This document shows positions 48,558-58,616 of a DNA stretch of 64,000 nucleotides, one piece after another. Made by a program: the position numbers and the translations under genes. Numbering within the stretch: position 1 is the stretch's first letter; every line of letters begins with the position of its first letter. Origin of the DNA: Vulcanimicrobiota bacterium (GTDB taxonomy: Bacteria; Vulcanimicrobiota; Vulcanimicrobiia; Vulcanimicrobiales; Vulcanimicrobiaceae); the NCBI GenBank assembly GCA_963723515.1, contig CAVRQT010000002.1, positions 640,001 through 704,000 of the forward strand, read 5' to 3'. A model generated the notes under the pieces. The model saw only the letters and a program-made list of their open reading frames with translations. It searched no databases and was not told the origin of the DNA.

Positions 48558-51104
48558 TTGTCAACGGAGATTTTGATCTCCAGCGACCCGTGGGAAAACC
48601 GGGTGGCCATCCTTGAGGATGGCACGCTGAGCGAGATCTATGTCGAGCGCGAAGAGCGCGTCATCGGCTCCATCTACAAAGGAAAAGTTCAAAACGTTCT
48701 GCCCGGAATGGGCGCCAGTTTCATCGACATCGGCCTTGGACGCAATGCGTTCTTGTATGTCGATGATATCAACAAGACACCGCTCAATATCGGCGACGTC
48801 GAAATTACGCAAGGCCGCAGCGGATTCACGATCAGTGAAAAAGTTAATCGCGGCGACGACGTGCTCGTGCAAATCGTCAAGGAACCGCGCGGACTAAAAG
48901 GCGCCCGCGTCAGCACGAACATCTCGCTGCCGGGCCGCTACTTGATCTTGATGCCGACCGGAAAATACAGCGGCGTCTCGCGCAAGGTCGAGTCGGTCGA
49001 GGAGCGCAACCGGCTCAAAGCGATCATGAAGCGTATCCGCCCCGAAGGTATGGCGACGGTCGTGCGCACCGCTGCGGCCGGCGCAAGCGAAGCCGAGCTG
49101 ATCGCCGATTTGGGCGTCATGATCCGCATGTGGCACGGCATCCTAGAGAAATACAAGCGCGCCCCCGCGCCGAGCTTGCTGCACAAAGACATGAATCTCG
49201 TCTTCAAAGCGGCACGCGATTTTATCACGCCGGATGTCGATCGCGTCTTAATCGATGACGAAGAGGAGTACCGCAAGGTACGCGAGTTTTTGCAGCTGCT
49301 GGGTCCGCAGTATCTCGATCGCGTCGAACATTACAACTCCGGCCGTTCGCTCTTCACCGATTTCAAAGTTGACGAAGAACTCGAAAAGTTGATGCGCCCG
49401 AAGATCAACCTTCCGTCAGGCGCATCGATCGTAATCGAATCGACCGAAGCCCTGACCGTCATCGACGTCAATAGCGGCAAGTTCACCGGCGGTAGAAACT
49501 TGGAAGATACGATCGTAAAGACGAACGTCGAAGCGGCCGCTGAGATCGCTCGTCAAGTTCGCTTACGCGATATCGGCGGCATCATCGTCTGCGACTTCAT
49601 CGACATGAATTCGGAGAATTCACGCAGCAGGGTGATCGCGACGCTGGAAGACGGACTGCGCAAAGATCGTACGCGGGCGACGATCCAGTCGTTTTCAAAT
49701 TTGGGACTGCTCGAGTTCACCCGCAAGCGTATCGGCAGAGATCTGGGTTCGCAGCTGCGCGGCAGTTGCCCGACCTGCGCGGGACTCGGCAGCGTCTTAT
49801 CGTCGCAATCGGTTGCCATCGACACGTTTCGTAAGATTCGCGAGCAGTACGGCGGCAAGCCCAATGGCGCTTCGACAAGCTCAGCACAAGTTGGGCATCC
49901 GGTCGTCGTTGATGCTTTCCCAACCGTCGCCGCGCAGCTCGAATATTGGTACGGCGAAGAATGCAAAGATCTGACCGAGCAGATTCAGGCGCCGATTCAT
50001 GCGCGCGTCGACGCGCTGCTGCACCCGGAGCGCACGAAAATTCACACTCTTCCCAACGCGGCCGCGCTTTCGGCCGGTAAACTTCGCGTCGGCGATGAGC
50101 ACGAAGTTGACGTCTTGAACATGCGGCTGCCGAATGCCACTTCCGCGGTAACGGTGATCGATGGCCGGCTCGTCGAGATCGAAAACGGCTCCAACTACGG
50201 CGGGCAAACGATTCGCGTGCGCATCATCGATGTTGCCGACGACACGGCTCTTGCGGAGCCGATCGGAGTGACGGCCGCGAAGCGAAAACGGCGCCCGAAA
50301 CGCGCGGCTGCGCCGACGAAGACCGAACAGACCCGTCAGCTTCGCGAACTGGCCGAAGAAGCCGCAAAAGGCGCAAGCACGCGCGCCTCGATCGGAATCT
50401 CAACAGCCGTCGAAGCCGAAGTCGAAGAAGTCGAAGATAAGACGAGCGCGCCCGCGCCGGCTCTCGACGAGGTCGTTGTGACACCTTCGCGTCGCAGGCG
50501 TCGCCGCCGCAGACGCGGCGGACGCTCAGCCGACACGACGCCGCTCGGCATCTCGGAGGAGAGCGCCGAAGCCCAAGTCGTCGCGACGAAACCGGAGACG
50601 GCCGCGGCTTCCGACGAAGGCGAAGGCGTACGCCGTCGTCGCCGTCGGCGTCGCCGAGGACGAGGCGGCGAACGTCGCGTCGATCAAACAGATGCCGGGA
50701 GCGCGATGCCGGATCGTCACATCTTTCGAGTCGGCAGCGCCGGTGAAGCGGAAGCGACGGGACGAACTGCGCCCCGTGAACCGATCCGATCTCTCGCGCC
50801 GTGGAATCGTCGTCCGACACCGCCCGCCGTCGAAGCGCCTCCTCCATCGCTGAGGGTTCCCGAGGAGCCGGCAAAGGTGACCAAACCGGCGCGACGCCGG
50901 CGTGCGCGCCCAACTTCGGTCGCGCTTGGCGGAGAGCTGGAAGCCTCGACGATCGCGGCGCTAACTTCCGCCGAGTCCGTTCAAACAGATCAGAAGCCGA
51001 AGCGCGGCCGCAAAAAAGCGAGCGCCGCAACGGCCTCTCGGAAGAAAGCGATCGCGCCTAGAACGCGCCGCAAGAAAGCCGAAGCTTCGGGAACCTCAGA
51101 GTAA
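48558..51104 (+). CDS. rne: RNase E/G family endoribonuclease with TRAM-like domain and Arg-rich disordered C-terminus
   Basis: GSIYKG.V..VLPGM, TEALTVIDVNSG, RLRDIGGIIV.DFIDM and CPTC motifs; poly-Arg tail. Confidence 0.93.
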   Translation: MSTEILISSDPWENRVAILEDGTLSEIYVEREERVIGSIYKGKVQNVLPGMGASFIDIGLGRNAFLYVDDINKTPLNIGDVEITQGRSGFTISEKVNRGDDVLVQIVKEPRGLKGARVSTNISLPGRYLILMPTGKYSGVSRKVESVEERNRLKAIMKRIRPEGMATVVRTAAAGASEAELIADLGVMIRMWHGILEKYKRAPAPSLLHKDMNLVFKAARDFITPDVDRVLIDDEEEYRKVREFLQLLGPQYLDRVEHYNSGRSLFTDFKVDEELEKLMRPKINLPSGASIVIESTEALTVIDVNSGKFTGGRNLEDTIVKTNVEAAAEIARQVRLRDIGGIIVCDFIDMNSENSRSRVIATLEDGLRKDRTRATIQSFSNLGLLEFTRKRIGRDLGSQLRGSCPTCAGLGSVLSSQSVAIDTFRKIREQYGGKPNGASTSSAQVGHPVVVDAFPTVAAQLEYWYGEECKDLTEQIQAPIHARVDALLHPERTKIHTLPNAAALSAGKLRVGDEHEVDVLNMRLPNATSAVTVIDGRLVEIENGSNYGGQTIRVRIIDVADDTALAEPIGVTAAKRKRRPKRAAAPTKTEQTRQLRELAEEAAKGASTRASIGISTAVEAEVEEVEDKTSAPAPALDEVVVTPSRRRRRRRRRGGRSADTTPLGISEESAEAQVVATKPETAAASDEGEGVRRRRRRRRRGRGGERRVDQTDAGSAMPDRHIFRVGSAGEAEATGRTAPREPIRSLAPWNRRPTPPAVEAPPPSLRVPEEPAKVTKPARRRRARPTSVALGGELEASTIAALTSAESVQTDQKPKRGRKKASAATASRKKAIAPRTRRKKAEASGTSE
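49869..49890 (-). repeat. REP-like copy in frame inside the RNase E/G gene
   Basis: GCTTCGACAAGCTCAGCACAAG shares CTTCGACAAGCTCAG with 46728-46742; encodes ASTSSAQ. Confidence 0.75.
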
Positions 51105-51106
51105 TT

Positions 51107-51136
51107 AAAAAGACGGCGACTCCAAAAGTCGCCGTC
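51107..51136. terminator. Intrinsic terminator hairpin after rne (U-tract on the minus strand)
   Basis: AAAAA-GACGGCGACT-CCAAA-AGTCGCCGTC. Confidence 0.75.
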
Positions 51137-51200
51137 CCGTATTTATAGCCGGCCTTCCTGACAAATCTCGAGTGTCGTCACATTTTGAGCAGCACGGGAA

Positions 51201-52901
51201 TTGAAATATCGTATGCGAGCGCTCCTTATCACGCTCTTTCTAGGGGTTATCATCTGCAGTGGTGCAGCGTTCGAGAAAGCCGTTGCTCTTCCGCAACTTG
51301 ATGAAACCGGCACGTTGCCATGCTGTCCGAACCCCCGTCTCCTCGGACCAAGGACGAGAGACGGATACGGAAAGGATGCTACGTTTGACGAGCCGGCGGC
51401 GATCGCGTATGACCGCGATGACGATGCTTACTTCATCGTTGATGCAGCGTCGAATACGGTACGGAAGTATGACAAATCAGGCCGCGTAACAACGGTTGCC
51501 GGCGCCTGCGACCGCGAGTTGGTGATGGCGACATGCATCGGGCGTGAAGTCGATGGCATCGGCTCCATAGTCCGCTTCGACAGACCATCAATAATCGTCT
51601 ATAGCCCGCGTGAGCGAGCGTTCATCGTTTATGACAGCGGTAGCTCATCCTTACGCCTCGTGACGGCGAGTGGGCGCGTCAGCACGGTCGGCAAAGTGAC
51701 CGATATCAATGGCATCGCTGTGGATCCGGCGCGAGATCGGCTGTATGCGGCACGCGCTTCGGAAGTCGTGTCGCTTGAAATTGACGGCGGCTATGTGAGG
51801 GCGTTTCCGTTGTGGCATGCGCCGGTAGAGCAGAGCTCCGTTTATCATGCGCCTGTCCTTCATGTCAATGCGATTACCGTCGATCCGGTATCCGGCGATC
51901 TCTTTGTGGCGGTCCACACCAACGTCGTATATCGCTTGCATCTGCAAGAGACGTGGGAAGGCACTTTCGTCGCTGGAAATCCTAACAGCAGCGTTTTTTG
52001 GGCAGCTGCCGATGGCATTGGCCCGAGGGCAACGTTTCAGAGCTTAACATCCCTGGTTTACGATCCGGCCCTTCGGCTCGTATACGCTGATGACTTTAGA
52101 ACGTTACGTTCGATTGCAACGGATGGGACCGTGAAGTCGATTGCCGGCGGATGCGCCTTGAATGATCCACGATACCGCGGTGAATTCGCATGCGACTATC
52201 CGCCAAATGACGGCGTGGGAATGCGGGCACATTTCGCATTGCCGCTCAGGGGCTTGGCTATTGATAAGGACGATGGTATAGGTGTTCTTGACGGCTCGTA
52301 CTTACGGATCGTCGACGCAAATGGCCGAGTGCGCACCGTTGCCGGAAACCACCGGCGCCAGCGACATCATACTCCTCAGATGTGGAGTGGACATTACCTC
52401 GACCCATTGAGCGGCGAGACACTGGACGTGACCGTAAATGGAGACGATGAGACGGAGATTTCGGCGGACCGCTTCGGCCATATTTTTGACGTTAAGCGCG
52501 GTTTGCGGAGCGCGGCGTACAGCAACGCCGAGTTTTGGAACGCTCCGACATACGTTCGGCTAGGACCCCTGACAAAAGTGCGCACCTTCAGTAGGGCGAT
52601 TCAGTCGCTCAGATGCGGAGCGCTACGAGATTACGGCGCAAGAAATCCGTTCAAAAACGACGTTTCCACACGCAGTTCGTTGTTTTTATATTGGTACGAC
52701 GACGCACCGGGCTACTTCGGCGCTCTAGGCCATCCTCAATTGCCGAATTATTTTGAAGGCATGCGATGTGCACTCGTTTCAGTAAAAGACGTACGCGGCA
52801 AAGTCGTTTACCAAGATTACGAAAGCCGAGCGATCAGGCATAGCGTCCCAGATGGCCTCATTGAATCCCCCGACGAGCGAGCAATCTACAACGCCCCATG
52901 A
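51201..52901 (+). CDS. Secreted NHL-repeat (beta-propeller) protein
   Basis: Signal peptide; repeated DG.G..A.F..P and G.V.T.AG units. Confidence 0.8.
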   Translation: MKYRMRALLITLFLGVIICSGAAFEKAVALPQLDETGTLPCCPNPRLLGPRTRDGYGKDATFDEPAAIAYDRDDDAYFIVDAASNTVRKYDKSGRVTTVAGACDRELVMATCIGREVDGIGSIVRFDRPSIIVYSPRERAFIVYDSGSSSLRLVTASGRVSTVGKVTDINGIAVDPARDRLYAARASEVVSLEIDGGYVRAFPLWHAPVEQSSVYHAPVLHVNAITVDPVSGDLFVAVHTNVVYRLHLQETWEGTFVAGNPNSSVFWAAADGIGPRATFQSLTSLVYDPALRLVYADDFRTLRSIATDGTVKSIAGGCALNDPRYRGEFACDYPPNDGVGMRAHFALPLRGLAIDKDDGIGVLDGSYLRIVDANGRVRTVAGNHRRQRHHTPQMWSGHYLDPLSGETLDVTVNGDDETEISADRFGHIFDVKRGLRSAAYSNAEFWNAPTYVRLGPLTKVRTFSRAIQSLRCGALRDYGARNPFKNDVSTRSSLFLYWYDDAPGYFGALGHPQLPNYFEGMRCALVSVKDVRGKVVYQDYESRAIRHSVPDGLIESPDERAIYNAP

Positions 52902-52905
52902 AGAT

Positions 52906-52936
52906 AAAAAAAGAAAGCCGCCAAGGGCGGCTTTCT
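52906..52936. terminator. Bidirectional intrinsic terminator
   Basis: A-tract plus AGAAAGCCGCC-AAG-GGCGGCTTTCT between convergent genes. Confidence 0.85.
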
Positions 52937-52955
52937 GGCAATTTCGCGCTTTGGA

Positions 52956-54323
52956 TTATTGCGGTGCCGATGAAGCGCCGCCGTTCATGCGCGCAATCTT
53001 GTTCTGCAGGAAGCCGACCGCCGCTTGCAGCTGCGTATCGCGCGTAAGATCGCCGTAACGCGGGGTCTTGTTCTCTTCGGTTGTGATGTCCGGCTGAATG
53101 CCGACGCTGTTGATGTCGCGGTTACGAGGCGTCAGATATCGCGCCGTCGTTATCTTGACCGCGGAACCGTCAGGCAACGGATAGATCGTCTGCACGACGC
53201 CTTTGCCGAAGGTCTTCGTGCCGATCAACGTGCCGACGCCGCTGTCTTGAATCGCGCCGGAGGTGATCTCTGATGCGGAAGCGGTGTGACCGTTCACCAA
53301 GACCGCGAGCGGCATCGGCGGAATCGCCGTGTTTTCCGCCTCGAGCGTATCGATCTGCGATTGACGCGACTCGACCGAGACGATCGGGCCACTGGGAATG
53401 AACTTCGAGCTGACGTCGATCGCGGCGCTCAAATAGCCGCCGCCATTATCACGCAGGTCGAGCACGAATGCGCGCGCCCCTTGCGCCTGCAAACGATCGA
53501 GCGCCGTGCTTAACTCTTTTCCGGTGTCGCGCCCGAAGACGGTGAGCCCGACGTAGCCGATCTTATTGGGAAGCATCTTTGCGTAGACGCTCAGCTGGCG
53601 GATCGGAGCGCGAACGATCGTGACCGGCGAAATCATGCGGCCCTCGCGCTGAATCTGCAGCGTCACGCGCGTGCCTTCGGTGCCTCGCAACAGCTTCGAT
53701 GCTTGCTGAATCGTCAAACTGTAGGTCGACTTCCCGTCGATCGTCGAGATGACATCGTCTTGTTGCAAGCCGGCACGATCCGCAGGACCATCCGGAACGA
53801 CGCTACTGACCGTGATCATCTTCGTCGTGTCGTTGCTTTCGATCACGATGCCCGTGCCGGAGAACGTCGTGCCGTCGAGCCCTTCGTTGAGGGCCGCGTA
53901 TTCGCGAGGCGAAAGGAAGACGGTGTAGCGGTCTTTGACGGCGCCAAGCATGCCGGCAATCGTGGCGTACGTGAGATCGCGTGGCGTAAACTTCGCGCTC
54001 TGATATTCGCTCGCGACGGCTTCAACTTCACGATCCAGCTCGCGAATGTTTGCGGCTGCGTCATCAGAGGAATGAAGCGCCGGGATCTTGGCGTTCGGTA
54101 CACCGTTGTGCTTGAGGTAGGCGACCAAATTGTCGTGGGCACTGGTCAGCACCGCGTCGGTGTTGACTTTCTTATAGAACTCACCGAGCAGCCGCTGGTA
54201 GGCGATCGAGATCTCCTCAGCGTCGAGCAAACCGAAGGAGTGCTGCGTTGGTGTTGCAGCAGGCACTCGCGCCGTCGAAAGCGCCAGGAGTAGGATGAAT
54301 GCGAGGGATGCAAATCGTTTCAT
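52956..54323 (-). CDS. ctpA: S41 C-terminal processing peptidase with PDZ domain (copy 2)
   Basis: DLRDNGGG, TASASEI, KTFGKG.VQ, T.ARY.TP and GI.PD motifs; signal peptide. Confidence 0.93.
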   Translation of the reverse strand: MKRFASLAFILLLALSTARVPAATPTQHSFGLLDAEEISIAYQRLLGEFYKKVNTDAVLTSAHDNLVAYLKHNGVPNAKIPALHSSDDAAANIRELDREVEAVASEYQSAKFTPRDLTYATIAGMLGAVKDRYTVFLSPREYAALNEGLDGTTFSGTGIVIESNDTTKMITVSSVVPDGPADRAGLQQDDVISTIDGKSTYSLTIQQASKLLRGTEGTRVTLQIQREGRMISPVTIVRAPIRQLSVYAKMLPNKIGYVGLTVFGRDTGKELSTALDRLQAQGARAFVLDLRDNGGGYLSAAIDVSSKFIPSGPIVSVESRQSQIDTLEAENTAIPPMPLAVLVNGHTASASEITSGAIQDSGVGTLIGTKTFGKGVVQTIYPLPDGSAVKITTARYLTPRNRDINSVGIQPDITTEENKTPRYGDLTRDTQLQAAVGFLQNKIARMNGGASSAPQ

Positions 54324-54326
54324 GAA

Positions 54327-55739
54327 TTACCTTGTCGTTTGTTTTTCGAGATACGCCTTAGCGGCGGCGAGCTGCCGGTCGTTCTTTGTATCAATCAGCG
54401 ATGGATCGGGGTTCTGCGTGACGACGACGTCGGGGTTGATGCCCTTATGCTGAATGTCGCGGCCCAGCGGCGTTAGGTATCGAGCGGTCGTAATTTTCAG
54501 AGCTCCGTTATCCGGTAGTGGATAGATACTCTGAACAACGCCTTTTCCAAAGGTCTTTGTTCCCACGAGCTTTGCCAGGCCGTAGTCTTGCAGCGCGCCG
54601 GCGGTGATTTCCGAAGCGCTTGCCGTGTACTTATTGACCAAGATCACGAGCGGTGAAAGTCCCGGCATGCTCGTCCCTAGAGCCGGCTGATCGTCGCGGT
54701 GGCCCTGGCGATTGATTGTCGAGACGATCGTTCCGGCAGGCACGAAATAGCTTGAAATGCGGACCGCTGCTTCCAGCAGGCCGCCGCCGTTATCACGCAG
54801 GTCCAATATGTAGCCGCGCGAGTGATGCGCTCTGCCGTCCGAGAGGGCGCGACGCATCTCATCGGCTGAGGTTTGACCGAAGTCGAGCAGACGAACGTAC
54901 TGGAAGCCGTCTTCCTGTTTGGCCTTGACGGTCGGGACGTGGATGATCTCGCGCACGATCCGGTACGTGTGCATCGAGACCTTCTTATAAGGATGAACTA
55001 GGATCGTCACAACCGTGCCCGCGTCGCCGCGAATCATCTGTTCGACCATATCGAGTTTGAGGCCATGCGTTTGGTGTCCATCCACCTGAATGACCTCGTC
55101 GCCGGGCTTCATGCCCGCGCGCGCTGCAGGCAGCGTCTCGATGGGGTCGACCAAGATGCTGCCGTTCTTCGGATCTTGCACGATGTAGACACCGATGCCG
55201 CCGAAGTTGCCTCCCGCGAGCGACTCGTTGAGGCCTTGCATCTCGCGCGGCGTCAGATAGACGGTGTACGGATCGCGCAGCGCGTTGGTCATGCCGCTAA
55301 TCGCGGCTTGGGTCAGCTCGGCCTCGCTCGCCGCGCCGCCATAATGGCTTTCCGCGTAGGCGAGCTGACGATCCGCCAGCGTCCGGTCTTGCGTGAAATC
55401 GCCGCTCGCTCGTTGGCTGGGCAGGACGGCGTTGTTGAGGTGCTTGTCGTGGCGAAGTGCGGAAAGCAATCCTGAGCGCTCTCCGTCTAAGAGGCGTTGC
55501 GCATCGACGGGCTTATAAAACTTCTCGACAACGCTGCGAAAGGCGAAATCGAGCGCTTGCTGCTCGCCGTTGCCGGCGAAGAGCGAGCGAAGGTCGCTGA
55601 TGCTGGCAACGTCGGTCGTGCGCATTGCGCCCAGTTGTGCGACGCTCAGGCCACTGCGATAGCCAAGGTAGAGCGCGCCGGCAAAGGCGACGATAACCAC
55701 GACGAGCGCCGCAGCGAGCGCACGAATCTTAGGCGACAT
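54327..55739 (-). CDS. ctpA: S41 C-terminal processing peptidase with PDZ domain (copy 1)
   Basis: DPYT, GGIG, DLRDNGGG, TASASEI and KTFGKG motifs; N-terminal TM anchor; ATG 55739 with AGAGG SD. Confidence 0.93.
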   Translation of the reverse strand: MSPKIRALAAALVVVIVAFAGALYLGYRSGLSVAQLGAMRTTDVASISDLRSLFAGNGEQQALDFAFRSVVEKFYKPVDAQRLLDGERSGLLSALRHDKHLNNAVLPSQRASGDFTQDRTLADRQLAYAESHYGGAASEAELTQAAISGMTNALRDPYTVYLTPREMQGLNESLAGGNFGGIGVYIVQDPKNGSILVDPIETLPAARAGMKPGDEVIQVDGHQTHGLKLDMVEQMIRGDAGTVVTILVHPYKKVSMHTYRIVREIIHVPTVKAKQEDGFQYVRLLDFGQTSADEMRRALSDGRAHHSRGYILDLRDNGGGLLEAAVRISSYFVPAGTIVSTINRQGHRDDQPALGTSMPGLSPLVILVNKYTASASEITAGALQDYGLAKLVGTKTFGKGVVQSIYPLPDNGALKITTARYLTPLGRDIQHKGINPDVVVTQNPDPSLIDTKNDRQLAAAKAYLEKQTTR

Positions 55740-55790
55740 TTTCCTCTTATATACCAACGTTTAAACGGCAGGGTTGCCGCGGTCCGAACA

Positions 55791-55814
55791 GCCTGCACTG
55801 AGCTGGTCGAAGTG
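55791..55814 (+). repeat. REP-like hairpin copy GCCTGCAC-TGAG-CTGGT-CGAA-GTG
   Basis: Reverse complement matches 46726-46749 at 23/24 positions. Confidence 0.85.
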
Positions 55815-55852
55815 TACGGGTCGAAACTTAAGGGGACCTGGGGCCTAAAGCC

Positions 55853-56735
55853 CTAGACTCGCAAGTACCTGCCGACGGACAGCCACGAGGCCACGGCGCC
55901 GACGGCGCTGCCCGCGATCACCAGCTCGAGCGCCAACTGCAGCATGTCGACCGATGCGGCGCCGAACCGCACGAAAGGCAACGCGGCGAAGAGCTTCGGC
56001 ATCAGCTCTATCCGCGCGACCGCAAGCAACCCAAGCGCGACGATTGCCCCTAAGAGGCCGTCCAAGAATCCTTCGCAGATGAAGGGTAAGCGAATGTAGG
56101 CGTTTGTTGCGCCGACGAGCTGCATGATGCCTATCTCGCGCCGCCTGGCAAAAACGGTCAGGCGGATCGTGTTCGAAATGATGATCGAGGCGATCAGGAT
56201 GAAGACGGCGATGATCGCAATGCCGATCTTGCCGAGGACCGAGCTCAGCTGCAGCAGTCTTGCTACGACGTCTTGCGCCGTAGTTGAGCGTACTGACGCC
56301 GGGCATTTTGGCGATGTGTGCGGCCACGGAGGCGACCTCTTCCGGCGTTCGCACGCGAACGCGCAGCTTATCCGGCAACGGATTCTGCGCGAGCAGCGAC
56401 GTGTCGACTTGGCCGCCCATCCTCCGGCGCAGCTCCTTAAGGCCCTGCTTCTTTGGAACGAGCTGTACCGAGCGCACGCGATGGTCTTCTGCGATCGCGG
56501 TGCGCAGCGCGGCCGTTTGCGCCGGCGTTAGGTTTTCGTTTAAGTAGACGGAAATCTCGATCTGGCTGAAGACCTCGGTGCTTAAATGCATCAGTAAGCC
56601 GCGCGCGTACAAGAATGCACCGAGCAAGATGATCGTTACGGTCACCGTCCCAATTGCGGTCGCCTGCATGCCGGCATTGCGGGTGAAGTTCCGCCAAACT
56701 TCACCCAGAAAGAACTTGAGTTTGCCCCAGTCCAA
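55853..56735 (-). CDS. ftsX: Cell division permease FtsX, +1 frameshift near 56278
   Basis: NPLP motif. Removing one base gives NYAQDVVARLLQL...ISNTIRLTVFARRREIGIMQLVGAT..IRLPF..EG. Confidence 0.9.
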
Positions 56736-57411
56736 GGAAGTAATATCCCCGTTCTTCGTCGGTGACGATTCGGCCGTCGTCTAGCCGAACGACTCGACGA
56801 CGCATGCGATCGACGACCGCTTGATTATGTGTGGCAACGACCACCGTCGTGCCTTTGAGATTGATGCGCAGCAAGAGTTCCATGATTTCGGTCGTGTTCG
56901 TCGGGTCGAGATTGCCGCTCGGCTCATCGCAAAGCAATAACTTCGGGTTGTTGACGAGCGCGCGCGCAATGGCGGTTCGTTGTTGCTCTCCGCCTGAGAG
57001 TTCGTTGGGATACATGCGGCTCTTATGCGAAAGTCCAACGAGATCGAGCACCCGCGGCACCTGACGCATGACGTCTTTGGTGTGCGCGCCGGTCACTTGC
57101 AACGCAAACGCGACATTTTCCCAAACCGTCTTGTCGTTGAGCAATTTAAAATCTTGAAAGACGACACCGAGGTGACGGCGTAGTGCCGGTACGCGCGACC
57201 TGCGCAAACGATCGACGCGGATACCGTCGACGACGACGGTGCCGGCCGTGGGCTTAACCTCGCGGTAGAGCAGCCGCAAGACACTCGACTTTCCCGTTCC
57301 CGAATGTCCAACCAAGAAGACGAAGCTGCCCTTTTCGATTTCGAGGTCGATGTGGTCGAGTGCGCGCACGCCGTTTGGATAAACGAGCGTGACGCCGCGC
57401 AGGGAAATCAT
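56701..57411 (-). CDS. ftsE: Cell division ATP-binding protein FtsE
   Basis: GHSGTGKS, VFQDFKLL, LSGGEQQR and DEPSGNLD motifs. Confidence 0.96.
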   Translation of the reverse strand: MISLRGVTLVYPNGVRALDHIDLEIEKGSFVFLVGHSGTGKSSVLRLLYREVKPTAGTVVVDGIRVDRLRRSRVPALRRHLGVVFQDFKLLNDKTVWENVAFALQVTGAHTKDVMRQVPRVLDLVGLSHKSRMYPNELSGGEQQRTAIARALVNNPKLLLCDEPSGNLDPTNTTEIMELLLRINLKGTTVVVATHNQAVVDRMRRRVVRLDDGRIVTDEERGYYFLGLGQTQVLSG

Positions 57412-57459
57412 CGTTTGCGAGAGGGTTTTTCAAAGCATGCGGGCGGATACCTCCGAGCC

Positions 57460-58606
57460 GTGGACTTCGATTTAAGCGACGAGCAAAAGGCGATTCAACA
57501 GCTTTGCCGCGATTTCGCGCGCGAAGAAGTTGCGCCCCGAGCGGAAGCGATGGATCGCGACGAGTCGTTTCCATACGACTTAGTTGAAAAAATGGCGGGC
57601 CTCGGTCTGATGGGACTGCCCTTCCCCGAAGAGTACGGTGGCGCGGGTGCAGACACGGTGAGTTATGCGCTCGCGGTGATGGAAATCGCGCGCGCCGACG
57701 CGTCGACGGCGATCACGCTTGCGGCCCATGTCTCCTTAGGTGCCTCACCCTTCTTGTTTTTCGGCACCGAGGCACAAAAGCAGAAGTATCTTGTCCCGCT
57801 GGCGCAAGGCAAGATGCTTTGGGGATTCGGCTTGACGGAACCGAACGCCGGCAGCGACGCCGGCGGAGCGCAAACTCACGCCGAGCTGCGCGACGGCAAG
57901 TGGGTCATTAACGGCACGAAGGCCTTCATCACCAACAGCGGCACGGACATCAGCGGGGGCACGACGATTACGGCGGTCACTGGCCGCCGCGACGGCAAGG
58001 CCGAGATCACGAACCTGATCGTGCCGCAAGAGACGCCGGGCTTCACGCGGAGCAAGAAATATAAGAAGATGGGCTGGCGCGCATCGGACACGCGCGAGCT
58101 GTCTTTCGCTGATGCCGAGGTTCCCGAAGAGAATGTGCTCGGCAAAGCGAGGCGAGGGCCTCAAGAACTTCTTGATCACCTTAGATGGTGGACGCATCTC
58201 CGTGGCCGCGCTTTCGGTTGGCCTGGCGATGGGCGCCTACGACGAATCGTTCAAATATGCGCAGGAGCGCCGGCAGTTCGGCAAACCGATTTCAAAGTTT
58301 CAGGCGATCCAATTCAAGCTTGCCGACATGCTTACTGAAATCGAGCATGCGAAGCTGATGGTGCTCAAGGCAGCGTGGGAAAAAGATCAGGGTCGCGACT
58401 TCGCGCTCTCCGCAAGTCTCAGCAAACTCTATTCAGGCGAAGTTTCGCGACGGGTTGTCAATGAAGCCGTGCAGATCCATGGGGGCTACGGCTTCATGGA
58501 AGAGTATCCAGTGTCGCGGATGTATCGCGATCAGAAGATCAATGAGATTGGCGAAGGCACAAATGAAGTTCAGCGGCTTGTGATCGCGCGATTAATGGGT
58601 CTATAG
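57460..58606 (+). CDS. Acyl-CoA dehydrogenase, +1 frameshift in the A run 58144-58146
   Basis: LTEPNAGSD and NGTKAFITN motifs, then in the next frame RRQFG, FQAIQFKLADM, QIHGGYG and IGEGTNE. Confidence 0.92.
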
Positions 58607-58616
58607 GAGGTTTTGC

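Noticed and set aside
55853..58606. ftsX and acyl-CoA dehydrogenase as true pseudogenes
   Set aside because: Each has a single +1 indel with no other decay, matching the window-wide error pattern.
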